64,000 nucleotides of DNA from Stegostoma tigrinum. Taxonomy: Eukaryota. Position numbers and translations under genes: made by a program. The notes beneath the pieces are model-generated. The model was not told where the DNA came from. It saw nothing but the letters and a program-made list of their open reading frames with translations, and did no database searches. Shown in pieces: positions 38,542 through 52,116 of this stretch (position 1 is its first letter; each line of letters starts with the position of its first letter). The DNA is taken from NCBI RefSeq assembly GCF_030684315.1, contig NC_081395.1, positions 5,648,478 to 5,712,477 of the forward strand, written 5' to 3'.

Positions 38542-39937
38542 GTGAGTGAAGCTGAGAATAGCCAATCTGCAATATTTCCTCCATGTACAAGTGGGACAAA
38601 TCCAGGGCTAGACAGGGTTTAAAATTAATGAACCGTTCTGTCGAGCAGGTGGATGAACACCAAAACAAAGCTTAATCTTTTAACGTCTGGTAAATTTTAG
38701 ATTGCCTTTGGAATAGACGTTTCTCATCCAACCACCCACCCATCTGCCTGTGTAGATCAAGGTTAAAGGTTCAGTGGAGAGATCCCAATAGATCTCCAAT
38801 TGGCAATTGTTCTTCTAATCAATTCTAAACTCTCCCATGCAGAACAAAAGATAACATTTCTCTGGATAAGACTTAACCCTGTAGAGCAGAGTTGAAGAAA
38901 TTTCTTGACTGAGTGTTGTGGTTCCCATCATTGCTTCTTCAAAACAGATGGATTGACTGTCTGGTGCTATTGTAGAACTGATGGATAGTTGGCAGAATGG
39001 AGTTCAAGTAGAAGAACAGCTGTGATTTCATTTGAGCAGTGGCATAGGCTGAATGGCCTTCTGCTCCTACTTCTCTTGCCCTTAGCTACTTTTTTCCCCA
39101 TCCATCTAATGCTGTTTGTTCTGTGTCCCGTCGACGCCAGTGGTTCACCCCAAGGAACTTGCTTTTCTCTCTGCCAAGCAATGAACTTTAGCATGAAATT
39201 TGATTAGTGCAGAGACTTGTAGCCTTCACTTGATCCTCTCCTTCCTGCATATTTCCACTTGTCCACTGGAGCTCCACAAAGCAGTTAGTGCTTTGATGCA
39301 GGGCCTGTGACTGGTTTACTTTTCATTCCTTGGCCCTTCAAAGCTGTTTGCGTTGCACACTTGGCATTGCCATGTGCCTTGTCTCTCCATGGTGGAGTCC
39401 TTTCCTGCCTCAAGATTGCAGGTTCAGGCTTCACTCAAAGGTTTGCAACCATCCTCCAACCCGACACTCCATGTCTTTCAGATGAAATTAAAACCAGTTT
39501 CAATCTGAGCCTCTCGTTAAGACAATCTTTTTATTAATATAAAATAAAAACAGCGACCGTGTATTCCCTAGTGCCCAAAGCGCAATATTTCTCGAGCAAA
39601 ATCACCCCTCGAGATGGATGAGTTGGACCGAAGGGTCTGTTTACTGTGCAGCATATCTGACTGTAAATATCACTGCGCTAACGCCAATGCAGCCCCCCCC
39701 CCCCCCCCAACCCATCCTCCAGTCCTGCACCACATAATTACAAGCCAGCTGTGGTTGCTGCCCGGTTCTGCCAGGAATCTGTCGGGTCTGTGTGTTGTGT
39801 ACTATATGTTCTCCCACAGCATGGACGTGTGCATTTCGCCACCTGTTTTCCCTGTACGTGGCGTCACCTCTCCACGCCTGCTAGCTACTAACGGTCATCT
39901 TTTCTTTACCCTCTTCTCCCCCCCCCCCCCCCCACAG

Positions 39938-40083
39938 TTGTCTCCGCTCCTGGTTCCAGCGGCAGCAGACGTGCCCCACGTGTCGCATGGATGTCCTGCG
40001 AGTTACGCCCCCCGTGCAGACGCCACCACAGCAGCCTCAGCCGCAGGTGCCGCAGACCCCCCTGGTCCCCCAGCAACCCAATC
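39938..40083 (+). CDS. SYVN1: SYVN1 coding exon 10, second half of RING-H2 (CLRSWFQRQQTCPTCRMDVLR...)
   Basis: 146 bp; poly-C tract then cag; donor gtgagt. Confidence 0.95.
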
Positions 40084-41639
40084 GTGAGTCGCAACCTAAA
40101 TCCGTCCGCTCCCCTGCACCACCTACACTTTTTCTACCTGCAACCAATAAAGCTTTGCACTCCACTGCAGGTTGGACGTACCAGCCTTGGAGCTTGGCTT
40201 CTCCAGAATAAATCTGGCACTAAACGCACTGAATTATTTTTGCTGTTTGTTTTTAAAAAAGATCAGTTGAAATTACAGACCAAATGACTGACTTCTGCAC
40301 TGTAGCAGTTCTGAATTCTATGAATATTCGAGTGGGTGTTTCCCTGGGTATCGGAGCTTAAAGACACGGTTGGATTTGAGATGAGGATGATGAAAGAGTT
40401 CACGGGGAACCTACTTCCACCTGGTGTTTGGGGTCCCCAAAGAGAGATCCCAGAGCAAAGGTGACAGCACTTTTTTTTTTGTAAAACATCCAAGCCAAGC
40501 TGTCTGCGGAAACTGTTGAGACCAAGTGGTGAGTGATTGGAAGTGTCACATTGGAGATTGATTTACTATTTCCTGCTTAAAGTAAGGGATATTTTAAATG
40601 AACCAGGGTGTGGAGAATTGCTTTCATTGAGTGCATTGTGGTCAGGCTGCCTTGGTGGAAGCAGATTCAACAGGGGATTTCAAAAGGGGAAATCAGCAGG
40701 ACTATGGTGTGGATTGGTAGTGGGGGTGGAGCAGTGAAATGTTACTCCTCGTATTTCTCTTTATTATTTCTTCAACATGCTCGTGACTGGCAGGCCAGCA
40801 TTTGTTGCCCAGCCCACTATGCCTTTTGAGCTGTGCTTTACTCCGCCATTTCAGAGGGCAGTTAAGAGCCAACTGCACTGCTGTGGGTCTAGAGTCACAT
40901 GAGGATAGGTGGTAGATTTCCTTCCCTAAAGGACTTTTGTAAAATTCCATTTGGTTTCCAGAAGTTGACAGAAGCCATGTGGTTGCCATTAAGTTTTTTT
41001 TTTTAAAATTTCAGGTTTCCATTAAACTACATTATTTGCCATATGGCAGAATTCAAATGCATGCCCCCAGTAATTTTCTTTCACACTTGGGATGAATCCC
41101 TAAATTAAAACTCATAGCTGTATATATTTTCTCAAGTACGAGAGAACTTGACTATCCAAAGTAGCTTCAATGAGATAGCTGTAAAGACGTCCTGGGGAAA
41201 GTGGGGTGCTATGGAGTAATTGGGGAAGGCGGGTGAGAATTAGTCTTGAAGGATCCCCTGGAAGGAATCACAGCAGGAGGGGAAGGGCTGTGGTGTTTGA
41301 AACTGGAAGGGCTGGGAGCTTTTGCTGCCATCATCATTAACTCAGAGTATGAAATACATAGCACAGGTTGCACTATATAGCAGTGGTCCCCAAAAGCTTG
41401 TGTTTATATTGCCCCTATTACAACCACGGTGCATCCCAAAGTGCATTAATAACATGTTTCAATAAATCATGTCACTTGTAGGAAACACAGAAGATTCGGT
41501 GTAGTCAGCAGTGAGATAAGCGACCTAATGACATAATGTCAGTCCCTGCTTGCTTAAACAATAAGAATGATTGCAGCATCAGCTGATCAGGACAGTGGGG
41601 ATAATCCCCTCCAAACTAGCACCCACCTGCACAACATTT

Positions 41640-42225
41640 TTTTTTTAAAAAATTGGACAGGTATATAAAGAGGAAAAGTTAGGAGGGAAATCACTAATCA
41701 CAGGCAAATGGGACTATTTGATTCTGGACCCCTGCTTTGGAGAGATGTTGTGAAACTTGAAAGAGTGTGGAAAGGATTTACAAGGATGTTGCTGGAGTTG
41801 GAGCTATAGGGAGAGGCTGAATAGGCTGGGGCTGTTTTGCCTGGAGCAGCAGGGACTGAGTGGTAAGGTTTATCCAACCACAAGGGGAATGGATACGGTG
41901 ATTAGCCAAGGTCTTTGCCCCAGGGTAGGGGTGCCCAAAACTAGAGGGTGAGGCTTACCGTGAGAGGGGCAAGATTTAAAAGGGACCCAAGGGGCAACTT
42001 GTCCGTGCAGTGGGTGATGTGTTTATGGAGTGAGCTGCCAGAGGAAGAGTTGGAAGCTGGTACAGTTACAACATTTAAAAGGCATCTGGATGGGGACATG
42101 GATAAGAAGGGTTTAGATCGATATGGGCCAAATGCTGACAAATGGAACTAGATTAATTTAGGGTATCTGGTTGGCATGGATGAGTTGGACTGAAGGTTTT
42201 GATTCCTTGCTATATGATTCTGACT
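41640..42225 (+). mobile_element. CR1/HER1-like LINE 3' fragment
   Basis: SYRERLNRLGLFCLE and RFKRDPRGN remnants plus the 3' tail. Confidence 0.8.
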
Positions 42226-42586
42226 CCACAATCAAAAGAGGCTTAGTAGCGTCGGATAAAGCTAACATTTAGCTCAAACACCAGGGAAAGCTTCCCCTGC
42301 TACCATTTCAGAGGGTTATTTAAGCTCCACTGATCTCCCATCTAAAAGACAGTTCCTCCTGTGTAGCAGCATTCCCAAGGTACAAGTATAAACCTGAGGC
42401 TGATGTTCTGTGAGAGCCTTTTGAAGTGGTCAGCTGGGAAGGGGGAAATTGCATGTATTTGGGAAACAACAGTTGCAGGGGAATGTGGGAGAGGCAGAGT
42501 TCCTCCTGCAGGCTTTGTGTGTTCTTGAGTTATGCAGGTGTCCACTGTGGTGTGCACGGTTCTCACTGCTGCTGTTCCTTTTTCAG

Positions 42587-42736
42587 TGCCTCCAGGGATG
42601 CCACCCTTTCTGCCAGGAATGTTCCCCTTCTGGCCACCCATGGGTCAGCACCTCTTCCCACAGGCTCCTGGTGGGGCTCCAAATGCACCACAGCCAAACA
42701 CGTCAGCTGCTACCGGTGCAGAGGGCCAGGCCAACG
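42587..42736 (+). CDS. SYVN1: SYVN1 coding exon 11 (PPGMPPFLPGMFPFWPPMG...)
   Basis: 150 bp, bounded by cag and gtaagt; proline-rich. Confidence 0.9.
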
Positions 42737-44599
42737 GTAAGTAGTAACATAAGGGTTGGTGGGAAAGGGAAGAAATGTGAAGAAACAATATTGTCTGTGT
42801 GTTTTCTTTTTAAACCAAAAGTATCAGCCTGCCCACTGTGTTGTTTGCAGCAAGCTTGTACACTCCCACCAGTGAGGTAATAATTGGGTAACCCGTGTTT
42901 GACAGTGAGTATTGGGGAAGTGACTGAAGCGGGTTCTGACGGGGCTTGAACAGAGTAGACATAGGCAGTCAGGGAATCTAAAGCACAGTCTCCGGATAAG
43001 GGACTGATCACTTCAGACTGAGATGAGGAACTATTTCACTGAAAGGGTGATGAGTCTTTGGAATTCTTTACCCCAGAGAGTTGTGAAGTCAGTATTGATT
43101 ACACACACAGGTAAGTGAGACTTTGGTATTGGTGAGCAGGAAAAGTGGAGTTGAAGCTTGAGATCACCATGACCGTATGAAAGATCAACTGAAATGTTTA
43201 CTTCTCCCGTTGCATGTGTTCTCCTCTTGCCTCTGTAGTGGCTGTGGGATCCATAGCCACTGAGACCTCTTAGTCTGCCATTGGAAAGGTGGCAACAGCA
43301 TCCACCTTTTTGAATCAGTTTGCATCTTTGTGCTGACGTGTTGGACTGGACTATGTGACTCCTGAACCCCACTTGCTGCCCCCCACCCAAAGCCTCTTAC
43401 TGCCTGCTTTTTGTATGTGTGTGTGGTGGTCTGGGTAGAGTGTTTAATCTACGTCCCAGTGCAGGCAGGGTCCCAGCTGTCTATGACTTCACAAAGGGGC
43501 ACAGCATCCAGTGTGACATCGCTAGCAAACCAGCTCAGTGTCGAGAGAGACTGTGGAAGAGAAAGGTGCCTGGGAGGGGGCTACAGGTTCCCCCAATCAC
43601 CTCTGACCTGCTGATGGAATCCAGGAAGAGTGCCCAGCGCCAGAGCAGGCAAAGGGAGAAGGCGGTCACCAAGCTGAGGAGATACTCAGAATTGCAATGC
43701 AGTGGTGAGAGTTAATGAGATCCTGATGCTGAAATAGGCCACCTCCTACGTACCTCTTCCTTCCTTCTGTTCTGAGCCTCCGACAGGGCAGCAGTGGGAA
43801 TGTCAGCCTAGTGTTTTGGCTCTGGAGGTTGAAGACCTGAACATTGACTCTCTCTATTTGAGTGCGGCCTGCTGAATCCAAGGCCAGCATCCAGTATACA
43901 TGCGCTGGAGTAAAATTCCCAATCCAGGCCCAGTCACTAGAATGAGCATTGGGACGTGGGGATGTAATTCCCTCACAGCTAATTTGGGAGCTGTAATATT
44001 TGCCAGCGGGACCCTGTATCTCACATCATCTGTCCAAACAACCTAGCTTTAACACTTGATTAGCGGAGAGCATTAGGATTAGAGGATGGGAGGAAATAAA
44101 CAGTGATTTTTGAGAGTATTTAAAAGTTTGCGTTTGCCATAAGAATGTCCTTGGATGAGGAAATGGGTAGGATTAAACCCTTCTGAAGTGTTGTCCTGAT
44201 GGAGCTCGGTTGGGAAGCAGCAGTAGCCCTACTTCATAACCTCTTTATTTGGGCTTGCTCTGTATCGTTAACCAGGAAAGAAATGGAATATTATGAACCT
44301 TGAGATTGTGTAGCATTAACATCTCTCACCCTGCTTACCCTAGTTTGCAGCTAGCCCTGTCTAATCAGGAGTTTGGGCTTTATCCATCCCCAAAGTGCTT
44401 GGTTGCCACTCACTTACTTTTCTTTTGAGTATAGGGGCAGGTACCAAAGCTAACCTGCCTGACCTTTTAACCACTCTGAACCTCGATGATGTTTGTTAGT
44501 CTCTTCTGAAATGCCTTTCATTTCCCAGTAAACCTTTTTGCACTGATGTACTTGTTTTGTTTCCCTCCCCGTTTCTGCGTCGCCGTCTGTAAACTCTAG

Positions 44600-44746
44600 C
44601 TGCCAATGGTGAAGAATCCCGGAGCACTGAGGCCATGTCGGGGACTGGTTTGGAGCCACCCACTGCTGGATCGATCCCATTCTCCTTCCCTTCCTTCCCT
44701 GCCTTCCCGTCGGCTCCTTGGGTGGGAATGCCACCCCCACCGTTTG
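44600..44746 (+). CDS. SYVN1: SYVN1 coding exon 12 (ANGEESRSTEAMSG...PSAPWVGMPPPPF)
   Basis: 147 bp, bounded by tag and gtaaga; phase 1-1 fits both neighbours. Confidence 0.85.
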
Positions 44747-45621
44747 GTAAGAGTAAGGCATGTGCTGTGATGGCTTGATGTGATGTGTGCTAATGGGCAA
44801 ATTCAGTCTCCTATTGTTGTAGCTGCTTTGGGTTTAGTACACTGGCAATGTCCCAACCTGCAGGTATGCTGGGCTACAGACTGCCCTGTTGCTCTCCTGT
44901 TTTTACTAAATGATAAATTCACTGTGGCACATGGCATAGAACAGAGTGCCAGTTTGGTCAGATCAGATTAAGCCCTATGTACAGTCTGACTGATGCTGGA
45001 GATGAGCCTTAAAGTTGACATTATGTTCAATAACTCCAGATCATAAATTCTATTCTCTGTTTTGGTGCACCCCTTCCCTCTGTCTTGTTTGAATGCTCTC
45101 AGCAGAGGAGCCCTGCTACTGTCAACTACCATTAACACCTATTCTGCATCTATATCACTTTTTTTCCACTGCCATTGGCACTCCCTTTTTTTTCCCTTTT
45201 GCTCTGGGTACCCTCATCATCTCAGTTCCATTTACTCCTCATTTCCCCTTTTACCAATAACAAGAAAACCATCACTTTCCAGTTCCAGAGATAGTAGGAA
45301 CTGCCAATGCTGGAGAATCTGAGACAACAGGGTGTAGAGCTGGATGAACACAGCAGGCCAAACAGCATCAGAAAAGCAGGAAAGCTGACGTTTTGGGTCT
45401 CGACCCTTCAGAAACTTTCCTGTTCCCTTCATTTCCGATTAAAGTCTAACCAGACTTGAAACATTAATTCTGGTTTTCTCAGCACCGATACAGCAGCGTC
45501 TGCATTACACTGCTTTTACTTGTTTTTCATTTTACTCCGCTTTGAGTTGACACCCAAGGTGTAACATTGTCTGTGGAAGAAGAACTCCCGCTTTTATTTA
45601 CTTATTTTTGCTCATCTTTAG

Positions 45622-45808
45622 GAATGCCTCCGATGCCAATGCCACCTTCTGGCTTTGCCGGATTAACAGAAGAGGAGCTCCGAGCAATGGAAGGTCAGGA
45701 GCGTCAGAATCTGGAAGCGAGACTGCAATGTCTTCAGAACATTCACACGCTACTGGATGCAGCCATGGTCCAAATCCACCAGTACCTCTCAGTCGTTGCT
45801 ACTCTCAG
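45622..45808 (+). CDS. SYVN1: SYVN1 coding exon 13 (MPPMPMPPSGFAGLTEEELRAMEGQERQNLEARLQCLQNIHTLLDAAMVQIHQYL...)
   Basis: 187 bp, bounded by tag and gtaggc; conserved helical segment. Confidence 0.95.
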
Positions 45809-46568
45809 GTAGGCTGGATTGCCGCATCGGAGGAACTAGTGTTGAAAAAGGCTCAGTCAGTCTCGGCCTGTTTGTACAATGTGCGTGCAGTGTCTTGTAG
45901 CTCCTGCAGAGTTATTGAACTGCGGTGATCAAATTCAAACCAGATTCTTCCAAACATGCAGCATGGTGAAATCTTGCAGCACTGAGGGAAGTTTTTTTTA
46001 AAAAACATTCACAGGATATTGGCTTCGATGGCTAAGCCAGCATTCATTACCCAACCCTAATTGCCTAGAAGGCAGTTTAGAGTCATCTTCATTGCTGTGA
46101 ATCTGGAGTGACAAGTAGACCAGACCAAATGAGGCTGGCAGATTTCCTTGTGTAAAGGACATAAGTAAATCACTTGTGTTTTTCCTGACAATCAGCATGG
46201 TGGTATGGTCATTGTTAGACTTTTAGTTCCAGGTTATGTTTTTAGTTGATTTTCAGATTTGACCATCTGCTGTGGCAGACTCTGTAGATTAACAGTCTAG
46301 CAGTTAGTACCAAGAAGCTGTTGCCTTGTCTTTGGCTCTTTGTTCCTTTGCCAGCTCCTTCCCGTGTGGGACCATCGCCCTCATCTTTATCATAAGTTAT
46401 CCCAAATCGGAGATATTTATGACATTACTCCACTTCTAATTGTCGCGGGTCACCCTTGGCTGGTTTCTAAAAGTGACCATGATTAGAATCTGGATCCATT
46501 GTAGTAGGGGATCCTGGTGAAGACTGTAAAGCATCAATTTTCAAGTGCCACTGCTTTCCTTTCTCTAG

Positions 46569-46720
46569 TCCACCCAGACCAGCGGCAACTACCAGCTCAG
46601 CACCAAGCACAGAATCTACAGTTCCGACATCTGGATCGCAGGTGGAGTCAACTGGAGACTCACCACCACCTGCTTTCGACAGCACCTCTGTACCACCTCC
46701 CCTGCAACCTGAAGACATAG
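46569..46720 (+). CDS. SYVN1: SYVN1 coding exon 14 (PPRPAATTSSAPSTES...LQPEDI)
   Basis: 152 bp, bounded by tag and gtacca; phase 2-1 restores the frame into the last exon. Confidence 0.85.
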
Positions 46721-48575
46721 GTACCACTTTCTACTGGATTTATTTGTTTGTTTGGTGGGGAGCAAGGTGGAGGGGCCAGTCAGTTTGGTCTTTGAGGAGC
46801 TGACCAACTCTCTATGGTATGGTTTGGAGGGAGAGGTTTAGTATGTTGACTGTGGGACTACCTGATCTCTCAGACCTGGCCTGTCTCCTGTTTGTCTTTC
46901 CAAATAGGTAGCTAAGGAGAAGGTTTAAGAGGTTTGAAAATAGGAAGAAAGAAGCCAATTGGATTTAACACCATATAGTTGAGGAAATGAGATTACTGAC
47001 ATTTTGGAATGCTAGTGTCCAGGACCGAGTTATAAGGGCATTCAGTAAAACCCCTGCTGTTGGTGAATGTAAAGGTTTCTTGTGGAAATATAGTACGAAT
47101 TTTTGTTCAGTTTTGAAGCTTTTGTTAGTTTGCTTTGGCTGGTGAACTTCACATGAGCATGCTTGGTCAAGTCCCGCTACTATCACATTGCTGTCCACAC
47201 ACAGATGGCACACTTCAAACAATAAATGCTGCACAGGAATGTAGCATCACACTACATCACCTAGTGCACTGGAGAGAAATTTACTAATGAGAATTCTTTC
47301 AAGGAACAGGTGAAGTTATCCTGAGTTGTGGAAAGACGAGGAATTGTCTAACTTGGTAGTAGACCATTCAGCTCATCTCAACCTTGCATGTGTTTCTACT
47401 CTACACCAGTTCCCTTCCTCCCCACCTTTGTCACATTACCATAAAATAGTCACGAGGGTACACAGATTCAACAAGCCAAGTTCATTGTGTAAAAAGACAA
47501 AAGCCAAAAAGCAGCGAACTAGGTAATCTCTAATTCGAGAAAGTAACTGGAAGGAAAACCTAAACATTCAGCAGAATGAAGGTTCAATCTAAGCCCAATG
47601 CCATCAATACTGCAATTTAAAATCCAAAGAAGAAATAACTCCATATTGACTAATTTCTCCCCAGTTTCTGACCTGTGAACTGAAGTCATCTTTCATGAAT
47701 AGTCAAGATTTGAGAGCTTTGGACTTTTTTAGCTTCTAATAACCAAACATTCCTGGTCTGGAAGTTCCACAGCCAAAACGCTGCTTTTTTTATTTTGAGG
47801 TAATTCTGCTTCTCCTGGACTGTGGTGTACTTGTCTCCGTGACAGACACGATTCTTGCTTCTGATCCAAGTCAGGCTGCCTCCAACAGCTGCTGAAAGAT
47901 TTCAATCTCTGGGTTTTGTAAGTGAGGTTAGTCCTTGGTTATTAGCTGAAGCAAGCTAAAACCCTTCAATGTTTATGCCACCTGTCATAAGCTACTACAT
48001 TACAAAAAATTTTCCATTTACGTTTCAGGGATTTGCATGCATCTATTCCCTGACATGTATGGGATCAGGTCACTGTTCCAGAAGGAACTTCTGACCTAGC
48101 TTGTTTGAAAAGGAAACCTTCCCTAAAGTAACCAAATCCAAACTCTCACGGATAATCTACTAAATTTCTCACCTTTCCACGCTGTTCACTTGCGTCATCC
48201 ACTTGTGATACCACGTCACTTGTTCTCCCACTCTGGGTAAAGAGGTTTTCATTCAAACCACAGGACAAAGGATACGGTGACAAACTGAGAAGAAATGGGT
48301 TCAGGAGCCAATGTCTAAAAGTAGTTCACTATCCAGAGCGTGAACGTTAAATGGAGCAGGAGCCTGACTGGAGAATGGAGTCATTCAGGTTATAGTCAGA
48401 GTGGGTGGGGTTGCTAGTAGGAGGCTGGGGAGGAATGTTCATGAGAAAGGAAGGGCCCCCTCCCTAGTCCTTTGTTTGTCTCTCTCCTGTCCTGCATTAG
48501 CTCTTTAGGGGTTTTAGTGTTTTTCCTTTGTAATTTTAAAAATAGCAACGTTGGTCTTTTGTTGAATGTTTGCAG

Positions 48576-48727
48576 GGCAGAGTGACCTGGAAGGGGCAGT
48601 GGGATACTCCGTACCTGACTCGGCTGAAGTTCCGGGCGACGAGAAGGACACTCTCAGTGAACCAGATGCAGCCGAACTGCGCCGGCGGCGGCTACGGAAA
48701 CTTGACCTGCCCAGCACCCATCATTGA
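48576..48727 (+). CDS. SYVN1: SYVN1 last coding exon (...EPDAAELRRRRLRKLDLPSTHH*)
   Basis: Acceptor tgcag; TGA at 48725-48727; conserved C-terminal p97/VCP-binding-type motif. Confidence 0.93.
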
Positions 48728-48823
48728 CCACTTGGATTGGACTACACAGCTCGACGCCGGGTCAGAGTCAGACTGGGGTTAGGATGGGAGAGACCCAGAG
48801 GGAATGTGGGGAGGGTTTGGGCT

Positions 48824-49003
48824 NNNNNNNNNNNNNNNNNNNNNNNNNNNNNNNNNNNNNNNNNNNNNNNNNNNNNNNNNNNNNNNNNNNNNNNNNNNNN
48901 NNNNNNNNNNNNNNNNNNNNNNNNNNNNNNNNNNNNNNNNNNNNNNNNNNNNNNNNNNNNNNNNNNNNNNNNNNNNNNNNNNNNNNNNNNNNNNNNNNNN
49001 NNN
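48824..49003. other. Assembly gap (180 N) in the SYVN1 3' UTR
   Basis: Run of N characters. Confidence 1.
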
Positions 49004-50520
49004 CATCACCCCTCCCATTCCCCACCCACCCTGACCCACCACCAAGTGCCGTTGATCCTGTGCTAACACAGGAAGTCCGAGCTTTGAAAGTTGCTGCCAA
49101 AGACCCTGCGGCGAATCTGGGAATAGCGAGAAACTCCAGTAAAAAGCAACAGATACACCAGCTGTGATCTCTCACTCTCTCTGTCATTCTCATTCTGTCG
49201 TCCATGCACACAGCGTGATGTTTGTACTGAAATCAGCAAGGTCATTTTCCCCCCCTCCCCCCCCCCCCCCCCCCCAAAAAAAATCCTTTTGTCTATCCCT
49301 GATTCAAAACGGTAGTTGGGCTTGGACAGGGCTTCTGCTGCTACTTGCGAGTTGGTCCAGCCATATCTCCCCGTCTCCCTCTGTTTCTCTCCTCCCTCTC
49401 CCTGCATCCAAAAACAAAAGGTGTTGCCATATGAGGAGGATCATGCCTCGGTAGCCCTGCATCCACTGTTGTCTACAGATTGGATTCAGTCTGCGAACTT
49501 GCCCTCATCAATGCACTTTGGTGACCTCTTCTCCTCCTCTTTCTCCCTGCCTCCACCAAAAACACTGCTGCCAACTGACTAGAGCTGGAATAATCGTTTT
49601 TCACTTGGATGTTTTGAAACCAAAGCTTCAACGTTCTCTCTCCTCTACTGCATGAACATCCTGAGGGCAAGAGGCAGCAAGACCCATCTCGGCTAAGAGC
49701 ATCGAAACCACTTTGAATGGACTGAGCCTCGTTGTACCGGACCATGCAGCTCTTTCTCCCTCTTTTTGAATGTTTTAAACTTCTGTATTTGCTGTTTGTT
49801 CAATAATGTGGCTGTCTTGTTGGAACGAGGATTTACTTAAATGGTAAATGCATAGCAGAAGTATCAGTGGACAAAAGCAAGTAGACGTTTACCCTCTTCT
49901 TGAGAGGGAGGTACTATCTTTCTTGCATCCAAATAACACGAGTGAGGAGCTTTGGATAGGAGTCTGGGAGCCAGTTCCAGGAGGGACACTTCACATTGTT
50001 TACCCTCTGCAATAGGCTTAAACTGGTGGCTGGTTTGAAAGTCAATAGATACAGCTTGTGACTTTGGGGACTTTGGTTGAGTTTTATTTTGCTGGAAGCA
50101 GCTTTTTTTGGTTTGTTGTTTTTTCACATCCCTTTGTAGGGAGTTACCTACTTCGTATTCACTGTTTAAGGAAAGGGGGTTGTCAGTTTCCCATTCCCTG
50201 GTCTGGGATGATCAGCACTAGATTGGCCAGGGGCCTGCAGCATGCCCCCACCCCCCCAAAAAAAAACCTAGCTTTGCCTGCTGGCAATTTTTCTCCTATG
50301 TTCTTGGTCCCAGCTGTGATTTCAGAGGCTCAAAGGTGCCATGCATGTGAATCTGCTCGCTTGACATGAACAGACCCAAGGGAAGGGGAACAGCCTCCCT
50401 TCCCACCCATCTCTTTCCGACCGTTGTCAACATACCCAAGGACAGTAGAAACTACATTGGGTGGGATGCCTCCATCACCTCTTTTCATGTATGTCTTTTT
50501 TCCTCCAATATTCCCTGTCA

Positions 50521-50526
50521 ATTAAA
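50521..50526 (+). terminator. Candidate proximal poly(A) signal of SYVN1 (ATTAAA)
   Basis: ATTAAA followed by T-rich sequence, about 1.8 kb after the stop codon. Confidence 0.45.
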
Positions 50527-50653
50527 AGGTTTAATTTTTGGATTGCAGCAAAAGTTTTTAATTGTTGCATGCTCTAAATTTACATTGCCTCTATCCAAAA
50601 AAAAAACCTTTTTGTGATTTCACTTCACAGTGTGAATGCCTGATGTTTCCCCA

Positions 50654-50777
50654 AAGTCCTAGTTTATATGGCTCGCTGTCACACCAACTTGTTGGGATGT
50701 ATTGTCGCCAGTAATAACAGTGTAAGAGAACCAGCCTTCCCAGTTGGTGTGACAGCGAGTCATATAAGCTAGGACTT
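50654..50777. repeat. 36-bp inverted repeat with a 52-nt spacer
   Basis: Arms at 50654-50689 and 50742-50777; 34/36 complementary. Confidence 0.95.
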
Positions 50778-52116
50778 CAGGAAATCCCTTTTCACTGTCT
50801 GCACTGAGTTGGCTGATTTGTGAATGATTTCAGATTGACCTCCCTGTGTCCTGAGGCTGTTTCGTGGTGGTTAATTAACGGTGTGCTAGAGACGTGGGCA
50901 GTACTGTGGACTCCAAACGGATTGACAGCTAAGCTGCTGTACGGCCCACTCCCTGAGGACGAAGGTCAGCATAGCCATTGCGCTATTCCCACTTTGCAAC
51001 AACAGGGACTCCTCTTCCTGGCTCACAGTATTGTAACACCCCACCCCCATTCACAGCCTTGTACTGGATCTGGGACTCATTGGAAGCCTCCATCTATTAA
51101 ACTGCATGCAGGAAGAATCAACACTCCCATTTCCGAGATGCTGGGGTTGGAGTGTGGTTTGTGTGGCTGTCCCTATTGGACAGTACTCCACCAGTACCTG
51201 ATCAGCCTGTATATCAATGTGTGAGGTGTTTTTGGGGGTTGCTGAATGATATATAGCATCCAGTCTCTGAGAGTTGTTATTAATTGGAGGGATGGGAAGG
51301 GTAAGCTGTTGGTGTTTTTGGTGATGGTGAGATTGGTCGCAAGTAAGTTTGTGTCTGGATTGAGCTTGCTGTCGCTTTTGCTCTGAATGATAGTGTTAAG
51401 AAATTGCAAAGAATCTTCTTTCATAGTTGCAGTGGTAAACAGAAGGGCAGTGAGGCCTGTCATTCTGTCTCTTTTCCACACCCTGTGGAAGATGCAGTGT
51501 TCATTGATGTGCTAGTAGTAAATAAGGCAGCGGGGGTGGGGGGGTACGTCTGAGTTGGTGGCAGTATTCATTAATTAGTGATACTAGTGGGAGGGTGGGG
51601 TGCAGGGTTCTGATGGAGGTAATGGGTCCCACTACTGTGTGGGAAGCTGTCTGATGTGCAATTCCCTGCCTTTGTGGCTGTGGTACCAAGTGAAATGCTG
51701 TGCCCTGGAGATAGGCACCTATGTGAGTTATAACTCATTAAGCAGAATCAATGTTGTTGGTGTCAAATAGGCCAAACATTGACAGAGGAATGCTGCTCTC
51801 GAGTGAATGAGGGCTGCTCCCTAAGGAATAAGCCTTTCTTCTTTTTTTTGAACATTTGTCTTTTTTTTAAACCCCCCCCCCCCCCAAAAAAAAAATTGGG
51901 GCCGAAACAATAGTTTCGATTCACAATGAGTCCGTGTGCGCGCGCCAGGCATCTTGGTCAGATGTATGGTTTGAGAGTTGTTAGACCTGAGATGTGTGAC
52001 TTGCAGAAACCGTTTTCTTTCTGCAGTTTTCACGTTAGGGTCTCTGCATAATCCAAGGAATCTCTTAAATCTAAAAGCTCTATATAGGTGAGGGTTTTGA
52101 GGTTGATTATTTAATT

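Larger units (their letters stand above)
20298..48727 (+). other. SYVN1: SYVN1/HRD1 (synoviolin) ERAD E3 ubiquitin ligase, complete CDS span: 15 coding exons, 1875 bp, 624 aa
   Basis: All exons join in frame with GT-AG boundaries; transmembrane region, RING-H2, proline-rich region and C-terminal EPDAAELRRRRL are recognisable. Confidence 0.97.

Noticed and set aside
48724-49211. ORFs spanning the N run
   Set aside because: Artefacts of the assembly gap.
50654-50777. Canonical pre-miRNA or SECIS call for the hairpin
   Set aside because: The 52-nt spacer is too long for a typical pre-miRNA and no SECIS core is evident; kept only as an unexplained stem.
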